In this document: piece after piece, positions 57,865 through 64,000 of the stretch | Position numbering within the stretch: the first letter of the stretch is position 1 | Layout: the number at the start of each line of letters is the position of its first letter | DNA from: Clostridia bacterium | GTDB taxonomy: Bacteria > Bacillota > Clostridia > RUG12999 | Length of the DNA stretch: 64,000 nucleotides | Direction: 5' to 3' | NCBI GenBank assembly: GCA_017467445.1 | Contig: JAFTSG010000005.1 | Coordinates: 12,112-76,111 of the forward strand | The notes under the pieces: generated by a model | The model's database searches: none | Seen by the model: the letters and a program-made list of their open reading frames with translations, nothing else | Told to the model about the DNA's origin: nothing | Program-made: the position numbers and the translations under genes

Positions 57865-58680
57865 ATGGCTGATGTAAGGCTGGCACATCCTGCCGAAATG
57901 GAGGCTGTAAAACAGTTATGGAGCAAAAGTTTTGACGACAGCGACCCGTATTTGTCGTGGTATTTTGACAATGTATCTTCACCTGAAAATACGGTGGTAT
58001 GCACTACCTCCGGAAAGGTTGCCGCGTCACTTCAACTGATTGATTATGACGTGAATATAGGCGACAGAATTTATAAAACTTATTATATTGCCGGAGTTTG
58101 TACGGACAAGGAGTTTCGGCATAAAGGATACGGCACAAAAATTATGAAATTTGCCGAAGAAGAGGCAGCAAGGCGGGGTAAAGATTTTGTGTTTTTATAT
58201 CCTATGGTTGTCGGGTTTTATGAGCCTATCGGCTATAAATTCTGGTTTTCGTGTTATGAGAATACAATTTTACCCGATGATTCGGTACAAGTGCCTTGCA
58301 GAAAGGCTACTGAGGCTGACCTTGATTATATTATGCAAACGTATAATGCTTTTGCAAAAAAGCACAGCGGCTATGTACTTCGCTCGCGCAGGGATGTTCT
58401 TCGTGCGATGCAATATCACGAGCTGCTCGGCGGCGGAATATATCTTACAGAAAACGGATATTTTGCCTTTGAAAAAGATAAAAATTGCATGAGAGTAAAC
58501 GAACTGATCGGTCCGCTTGATGCGGCAAAAGGAAACTTTGAATGTGAAAAAATCATTGTACGAAGTAAAGATGATTTTGGCAGCGGGGAATCAAAACCCA
58601 AATTTTTGTACAGGGTTTGTTCCGATATGGACGAAAGTGTATTTAAGACAGACGGACAATATGTGAATATATTGTATTAA
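57865..58680 (+). CDS. GNAT-family acetyltransferase (Eis-like)
   Basis: YIAGVCT..FRHKGYG, LYP..FYE.IGY; start after GAGGGG. Confidence 0.85.
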   Translation: MADVRLAHPAEMEAVKQLWSKSFDDSDPYLSWYFDNVSSPENTVVCTTSGKVAASLQLIDYDVNIGDRIYKTYYIAGVCTDKEFRHKGYGTKIMKFAEEEAARRGKDFVFLYPMVVGFYEPIGYKFWFSCYENTILPDDSVQVPCRKATEADLDYIMQTYNAFAKKHSGYVLRSRRDVLRAMQYHELLGGGIYLTENGYFAFEKDKNCMRVNELIGPLDAAKGNFECEKIIVRSKDDFGSGESKPKFLYRVCSDMDESVFKTDGQYVNILY

Positions 58681-58683
58681 ATT

Positions 58684-58862
58684 AAGGCTCCCCTGTGTAA
58701 GGTAGCGAAGCGGGCAGCGCGGTAGTGAATGACAGTCCGGTGGACTGTCAGAGCCGCGATGTGACCGAGCCGCAGCGAGAAGCTGTCACTTTAGTGACTG
58801 AGGGGTTGTAACAATCCCTCCACCGCTGTCGCGGTCCCCCTCCCTTTACACAAGGGAGGCTT
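58684..58862. repeat. REP-like element carrying a nested approximately 77-bp palindromic insert
   Basis: AAGGCTCCCCTGTGTAAGG...AGCTGTCAC..GTGACTGAGGGGTTGTAACAATCCCTCCACCGC..GCGGTCCCCCTCCC..GGGAGGCTT; insert contains TGACAGTCC-GGT-GGACTGTCA. Confidence 0.8.
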
Positions 58863-58865
58863 ACT

Positions 58866-58897
58866 AAAAAAACGGATGCGATTGCATCCGTTTTTTA
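58866..58897. terminator. Bidirectional terminator
   Basis: AAAAAAACGGATGC-GATT-GCATCCGTTTTTT. Confidence 0.8.
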
Positions 58898-58899
58898 TA

Positions 58900-59535
58900 T
58901 CATTTTTCAATTCTGCTTATTTTGCACGAAAGCGTCATAAGACTGTCCGACATATGCACATTTTCAAGCGCAACCGAATCGGGAATGGAAAGCTCGCAAT
59001 GAGAGAAGTTCCATATTCCTTTTATTCCTGCGGCTACAAGTCTGTCTGCAACACCCTGTGCCTGAAGTTTCGGTATCGTTACCGCACATACATCTATTTT
59101 ATGTTCTTTTACATAATCTTCAAGCATCGCCGCATCCTGAACAAGAAACCCGTTAACTTTGGTGCCGATTACTTTCGGATTATTATCAAAAAGTGCCATC
59201 AGCGCAAATCCGCGTTTTTCGAATTTATCATATCCCGCAAGCGCTCTGCCGAGGTTGCCGACGCCAACAATTACAATCGTTCTGCCACCGTCAATCCCCA
59301 TTATTTTTGCAATTTCGTTATACAGATTTTCTACGCTGTAGCCAAAACCCTGCTGACCGAATCCGCCGAAACAGTTAAGGTCCTGTCTTATCTGCGATGC
59401 GGTTACTTTCATTCTTTCACTGAGTTCTTTGGAAGAAATTCTTGTTATCCCTTCCGCCATAAGCTCACCCAGATATCTGTAGTAACGCGGCAGTCTGCGT
59501 ATTACCGCCGGGGAAACCATTTTTTCATCGGGCAT
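58900..59535 (-). CDS. rex: Redox-sensing transcriptional repressor Rex
   Basis: RRLPRYYRYL, SQIRQDL..FG.FGQQG.GY, GVGNLG, IWNF. Confidence 0.96.
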   Translation of the reverse strand: MPDEKMVSPAVIRRLPRYYRYLGELMAEGITRISSKELSERMKVTASQIRQDLNCFGGFGQQGFGYSVENLYNEIAKIMGIDGGRTIVIVGVGNLGRALAGYDKFEKRGFALMALFDNNPKVIGTKVNGFLVQDAAMLEDYVKEHKIDVCAVTIPKLQAQGVADRLVAAGIKGIWNFSHCELSIPDSVALENVHMSDSLMTLSCKISRIEK

Positions 59536-59548
59536 ATATTTGCCCTCC

Positions 59549-60709
59549 TTACATTGATTTGATTGTTTCAAGTACGTAATCACCAAATTCGCGGCTTGTT
59601 GCACCGTCTGCACGGCCTGTGATTACAACCTTTTTATTTTCAAACATACAGTAGTCAAGCGCCTTTTCAAGCTTGCCTGCAAGTTCTATTTCGCCGATAT
59701 GTTCAAGAAGCATTACGCAAGCCCTGAGCATACTGCACGGGTCGGCATACTGTGCGCGGCCTTCTTTTACCATACGCGGAGCTGAGCCGTGGATTGCTTC
59801 AAACATTGCGTATCTTTTACCAAGGTTTGAGCTTCCCGCTGTACCTACACCGCCCTGAAATTCAGCAGCTTCGTCTGTAAGAATATCGCCATAGAGGTTC
59901 GGAAGTACAAGAACTTTAAAGTCTTTCCTTCTTTTTTCGTCTACAAGTTTTGCTGTCATAATATCAATATACCAGTCGTCAAATTCGATTTCCGGATAGT
60001 CTTTTGCAACTTCCTGACAAATGTTGAGGAATTTACCGTCTGTTGTTTTTACAACGTTAGCTTTTGTAACGGCTGTTACTTTGCCTTTACCCGTTTTTCT
60101 TGCATAATCAAAAGCGGCTTTTGCAATTCTGTAGCTGCCTTCTGTTGTTGTTACACAAAAATCAAACGCAACCTCGTCTGTAATGTGAATACCGTTTGAG
60201 CCGAGTGCGTAGCTTCCTTCGGAATTTTCACGGAAGAACGTCCAGTCAATTCCCTGTTCCGGCACTTTTACCGGACGGATATTTGCAAAAAGGTCAAGCT
60301 CTTTACGCATTGCAACGTTTGCACTTTCAATGTTCGGCCATTCATCTCCTGCACGCGGTGTTGTTGTAGGTCCTTTAAGGATTACGTGACATTCTTTAAG
60401 CTCTGCAAGCACATCATCCGGAATAGCTTTCATTACTTTTGCACGGTTTTCTATTGTAAGTCCGTCTATATTTCTGAATTCAATTTTACCTGCATTTACC
60501 TTATCCTCAAGAAGATATTTAAGAATTCTTGCAGATTCTTCTGTGATTGCCGGACCAATTCCGTCTCCGCCGACAATACCTATTATAATTGTATCAAGTT
60601 TTGAATAATCAATAAATTCTTTTTCTGCTTTTATTTTTTCGTTTCGTTCAAGCTGTTTTTCAAGAAGTAATCCGAATTTTTCTTTTGCTTCCTGTATTTT
60701 TGCGTTCAT
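59549..60709 (-). CDS. Isocitrate/isopropylmalate dehydrogenase family protein, probably isocitrate dehydrogenase
   Basis: GDGIGP, KGPTTTP, SANVAMR, KANV, NLYGDILTD, EAIHGSAP. Confidence 0.85.
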   Translation of the reverse strand: MNAKIQEAKEKFGLLLEKQLERNEKIKAEKEFIDYSKLDTIIIGIVGGDGIGPAITEESARILKYLLEDKVNAGKIEFRNIDGLTIENRAKVMKAIPDDVLAELKECHVILKGPTTTPRAGDEWPNIESANVAMRKELDLFANIRPVKVPEQGIDWTFFRENSEGSYALGSNGIHITDEVAFDFCVTTTEGSYRIAKAAFDYARKTGKGKVTAVTKANVVKTTDGKFLNICQEVAKDYPEIEFDDWYIDIMTAKLVDEKRRKDFKVLVLPNLYGDILTDEAAEFQGGVGTAGSSNLGKRYAMFEAIHGSAPRMVKEGRAQYADPCSMLRACVMLLEHIGEIELAGKLEKALDYCMFENKKVVITGRADGATSREFGDYVLETIKSM

Positions 60710-60891
60710 AATGCATCTCCCTTTCCGTTTAATATAATATTGTATACATTTTTTGTGAACTTGTCAATAGATTTTATGAACTTTTATATAAGGTGTATAA
60801 AGAAATATTCGGGAAATTTTTCATTTTCTACTTGTATTTAGGCGAAAAAAGTGGTACAATTATGATATATAATGGAGGTGTTTTTGGATTT

Positions 60892-61152
60892 ATGTCAAGT
60901 TTATTTGTAATCGCACTTGGTTTGTCGACAGTATTTGCAGGACTTATTCTTTTGATTTTCGTTTGTAAAATCATGAGTTTCTTCTGCCTCAAGCTTGGCG
61001 CAGGCAAAAAAGCCGCTCCGGCTAAAGCTTCTGCTGCTCCTGCAGTTATTCCGAATAAACCGGAACTTATTGCTGCAGTAGGCGTTGCAATAGCAGAAGA
61101 CCTTGGTAAAGATGTTTCGGCAATCCGCATTAAATCAATCAGACAAATTTAA
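60892..61152 (+). CDS. oadG: Na+-translocating decarboxylase gamma subunit (OadG-like)
   Basis: GLSTVF..L..L TM, Ala/Pro linker, ELIAAV..AI. Confidence 0.8.
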   Translation: MSSLFVIALGLSTVFAGLILLIFVCKIMSFFCLKLGAGKKAAPAKASAAPAVIPNKPELIAAVGVAIAEDLGKDVSAIRIKSIRQI

Positions 61153-61172
61153 GAAAAGGGGTATCTCGAATT

Positions 61173-61511
61173 ATGAAAAAGTATAATGTAAAAGTTAATG
61201 GAACAAGTTATGAAGTTGAAATTGAGCTTATAAGCGAAACAGAAGCAAAATCTGCTCCTGCAGCAGCTCCGGCTCCTGCGGCAGCTCCCGCAGGAAATGG
61301 CGAAACAGTATCTGCTCCTATGCCGGGTACAATCCTTGCGGTTAATGTTCAGAACGGTCAGGCTGTTAAAAAAGGCGACGTGCTTTTTGTTCTTGAAGCT
61401 ATGAAAATGGAAAACGAAATTATGGCTCCTTGCGACGGAACTGTTTCAAGTGTAAGCGTTTCCAAAGGTGCAAGTGTTGAAAACGGCACTGTTCTTTGCA
61501 CAATCGCTTAA
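61173..61511 (+). CDS. Biotin carboxyl carrier subunit
   Basis: VNG.SYEV, APMPG, EAMKM biotinylation site. Confidence 0.93.
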   Translation: MKKYNVKVNGTSYEVEIELISETEAKSAPAAAPAPAAAPAGNGETVSAPMPGTILAVNVQNGQAVKKGDVLFVLEAMKMENEIMAPCDGTVSSVSVSKGASVENGTVLCTIA

Positions 61512-61527
61512 GTAAGGAGAGTTCACT

Positions 61528-62769
61528 ATGGATGCTATTTTAAATTTTCTCGGGAGCACAGGCTTTGCTTTTATAGCAAACAACTGGACATCACTTATTA
61601 TGATTGTCATTGCCTGCGTGCTTTTATATCTTGCAATTGTCAAGAAGTTTGAACCACTTCTCCTTCTTCCGATTGCATTTGGTATGTTACTTACAAACCT
61701 TCCGGGTGCAGATATGTATCACGAACAGCTTTTTGCCGGCGGTCACGTTCACTGGGAAATGTTCGGTAGCGGTATTCCGCTTGCTGACGGCACTTTAGTT
61801 CAGCCCGGTCTTATTGACATACTTTATCTTGGTGTAAAACTTGGTATCTATCCGTGTCTTATATTCGTAGGCGTTGGCGCAATGACAGACTTCGGTCCCC
61901 TCATTGCAAACCCGAAAAGCTTACTCCTCGGTGCAGCTGCACAGCTTGGTATTTTCGCAACATTCCTTGGCGTACGCGAGCTTTTCCCTCTCATTCTTAA
62001 CAGCGCTTATCTTAACGAATTACTTGGACCTACAACCCTTGAAAAGCTTGCCGCTTCCGTTGGTATCATCGGCGGTGCAGACGGCCCGACTGCAATTTTT
62101 GTAACATCAAAGCTTGCACCTAATTTCCTCGGACCGATTGCCGTTGCGGCATATTCATACATGGCGCTTGTACCGGTTATCCAGCCGCCTATTATGAAAG
62201 CTCTTACAACCAAAAAAGAGCGTATGATAGAAATGAAAGCTCTCCGCGAAGTAACAAGAACAGAAAAAGTTCTGTTCCCGATAATTGTTACTATCGTTGT
62301 ATGGCTTATCGTTCCTTCCGCAGCTCCGCTTGTAGGATGTCTTATGCTTGGTAACCTTATTAAAGAATCCGGCGTTGCAGAAAGACTTTCAAAAACAGTT
62401 CAGAACGAGCTTATGAACATAGTTACAATTTTCCTTGGTGTATCGGTTGGTGCAACAGCAACTGCTTCTACATTCTTAAACCCGCTTACACTTATGATTA
62501 TTGTAATGGGCGTTGTTGCTTTCGGTATGGGTACAGCAGGCGGCGTACTTCTTGCTAAGTTTATGAACCTGTTTACAAAGAACAAAATCAATCCTCTTAT
62601 CGGTAGCGCAGGTGTTTCCGCAGTTCCAATGGCAGCACGTGTTTCTCAGGTTGTAGGTCAGAAAGAAAATCCGAAAAACTTCCTGCTTATGCACGCTATG
62701 GGACCAAACGTTGCCGGTGTTATCGGCTCCGCAATCGCAGCCGGCGCACTGTTGTCATTATTCGGCTAA
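61528..62769 (+). CDS. oadB: Na+-translocating decarboxylase beta subunit
   Basis: [45 protein letters not shown]. Confidence 0.95.
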   Translation: MDAILNFLGSTGFAFIANNWTSLIMIVIACVLLYLAIVKKFEPLLLLPIAFGMLLTNLPGADMYHEQLFAGGHVHWEMFGSGIPLADGTLVQPGLIDILYLGVKLGIYPCLIFVGVGAMTDFGPLIANPKSLLLGAAAQLGIFATFLGVRELFPLILNSAYLNELLGPTTLEKLAASVGIIGGADGPTAIFVTSKLAPNFLGPIAVAAYSYMALVPVIQPPIMKALTTKKERMIEMKALREVTRTEKVLFPIIVTIVVWLIVPSAAPLVGCLMLGNLIKESGVAERLSKTVQNELMNIVTIFLGVSVGATATASTFLNPLTLMIIVMGVVAFGMGTAGGVLLAKFMNLFTKNKINPLIGSAGVSAVPMAARVSQVVGQKENPKNFLLMHAMGPNVAGVIGSAIAAGALLSLFG

Positions 62770-62795
62770 GCCGAGTGGAATTGGAGGTATAAATT

Positions 62796-64000
62796 ATGGC
62801 TACAGCACTTAAAATTACAGATACAATTCTTCGTGACGCTCATCAGTCACAGGCGGCAACACGTATGCGTATTGAAGATATGCTTCCCGCCTGCGAAATT
62901 CTTGACAAGGTTGGGTACTGGTCGCTCGAATGTTGGGGCGGCGCAACCTTTGACGCTTGTATGCGTTTCTTAAACGAAGACCCATGGGAAAGACTCCGCG
63001 CACTCAAAAAAGCAATGCCGAACACAAAACTGCAGATGCTTTTCCGCGGTCAGAACATCCTTGGATATAAACACTATGCAGACGATGTGGTTGAACAGTT
63101 CTGCAAAAAATCTATCGAAAACGGCATTGACGTTGTAAGGGTATTTGACGCGCTCAATGACCCGCGCAACCTTGAATCCGCAATCAAATTTGTTAAACAC
63201 TACGGCGGTATGTGTGAAGCTGCAATCAGCTATACAACAAGCCCTGTTCATAACGAAGACTATTTCGTAAAGCTTGCTTCCGAGCTTGAAAAAATGGGCG
63301 CTGATACAATCTGTATCAAGGATATGGCAAACCTTCTTCTCCCCTATGATGCATACAGTCTTGTTAAAAAGCTCAAAGAAAACATATCTGTTCCGATTCA
63401 CCTGCACACACATAACACAGCAGGTACAGGCGATATGACAAACCTTATGGCTGCTCAGGCAGGTGTTGATATTGTTGACTGTGCGCTTTCACCAATGGCA
63501 AACGGCACAGCAAACCCGTCAACAGAAGCTATGGTTGCTACACTTAAAGGAACTGAACGTGATACAGGTCTTGATCTTGTAACATTAAGTAAAGCAGCGG
63601 CTCATTTCCGCAAGGTTGCAGATAAAATGAAAGCCGCAGGCACACTTGACCCGAAAGTGCTTAACGTTGACCCGAACGCACTTTTATATCAGGTACCGGG
63701 CGGAATGCTTTCAAACCTTATTTCACAGCTTAAACAGCAGAATGCTGAAGATAAATATTACGAAGTTCTTGCAGAAGTACCGAGAGTACGTGAAGATTTC
63801 GGTTACCCGCCGCTTGTAACTCCTACCAGCCAGATTGTAGGTACACAGGCAGTTCTTAACGTTCTTATGGGAAGATATAAAATGATTTCAAAAGAATCAA
63901 AGGGTCTTCTTCGCGGTGAATACGGCAGACTTCCGGGAACAGTTAACGAAGAAGTGAGAAAGCTTTCTATCGGCGACGATGAGGTTATTACCTGCAGACC
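62796..64000 (+). CDS. oadA: Oxaloacetate decarboxylase alpha / pyruvate carboxyltransferase subunit (3' truncated by window end)
   Basis: Hand translation MATALKITDTILRDAHQS..ATRM, ECWGGATFD, EDPWERLR, IKDMA, HLHTH, PGGM.SN, YPPLVTPTSQIVG. Confidence 0.93.
   Translation, partial: MATALKITDTILRDAHQSQAATRMRIEDMLPACEILDKVGYWSLECWGGATFDACMRFLNEDPWERLRALKKAMPNTKLQMLFRGQNILGYKHYADDVVEQFCKKSIENGIDVVRVFDALNDPRNLESAIKFVKHYGGMCEAAISYTTSPVHNEDYFVKLASELEKMGADTICIKDMANLLLPYDAYSLVKKLKENISVPIHLHTHNTAGTGDMTNLMAAQAGVDIVDCALSPMANGTANPSTEAMVATLKGTERDTGLDLVTLSKAAAHFRKVADKMKAAGTLDPKVLNVDPNALLYQVPGGMLSNLISQLKQQNAEDKYYEVLAEVPRVREDFGYPPLVTPTSQIVGTQAVLNVLMGRYKMISKESKGLLRGEYGRLPGTVNEEVRKLSIGDDEVITCR

Noticed and set aside
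60740-60790. Rex operator between the dehydrogenase and oad genes
   Set aside because: Only a TTGTGAA half-site is present, within the minus-strand promoter spacer; the second half does not match.

Overview
A mostly housekeeping 64 kb chromosomal segment of a Clostridia-class Firmicute, inferred from SLH proteins, sigma-A promoters, gene order and a type A RNase P RNA. It holds an SLH/surface-protein operon (left edge), an AraC regulator, the def-fmt-rsmB-rlmN-stp-prkC-rsgA-rpe-thiN cluster, ymfF/ymfH-type M16 proteases, [FeFe]-hydrogenase maturation genes (TM1266-like, hydE, hydG, hydF), rnpB, dprA, trmK, recO, cls, an EF-G paralogue, trmD, coaX with an ECF S component, a tandem glycine riboswitch with its transporter, azlCD, lysA, purL, rex, an icd-type dehydrogenase and an oad decarboxylase operon (right edge). 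I found no CRISPR array, prophage, transposase, rRNA or tRNA. The best leads are: (1) a stand-alone gene resembling the DUF1874/AcrIII-1 ring-nuclease family but lacking its catalytic His; (2) a 51-aa 'MKKYIKP' peptide gene directly after a secreted protein; (3) an attenuator-like structure between the TM1266-like gene and hydE; (4) a 275-bp MITE-like insertion that rewrote the HydE C-terminus and has remnants at two other gene ends; (5) a possible non-cellulosomal surface scaffold with a C-terminal sorting domain; (6) an EF-G2 lacking the P-loop lysine; (7) a pan-motif-like hairpin; and (8) a mixed-family REP array. All family assignments come from motif recognition by eye, not database searches.
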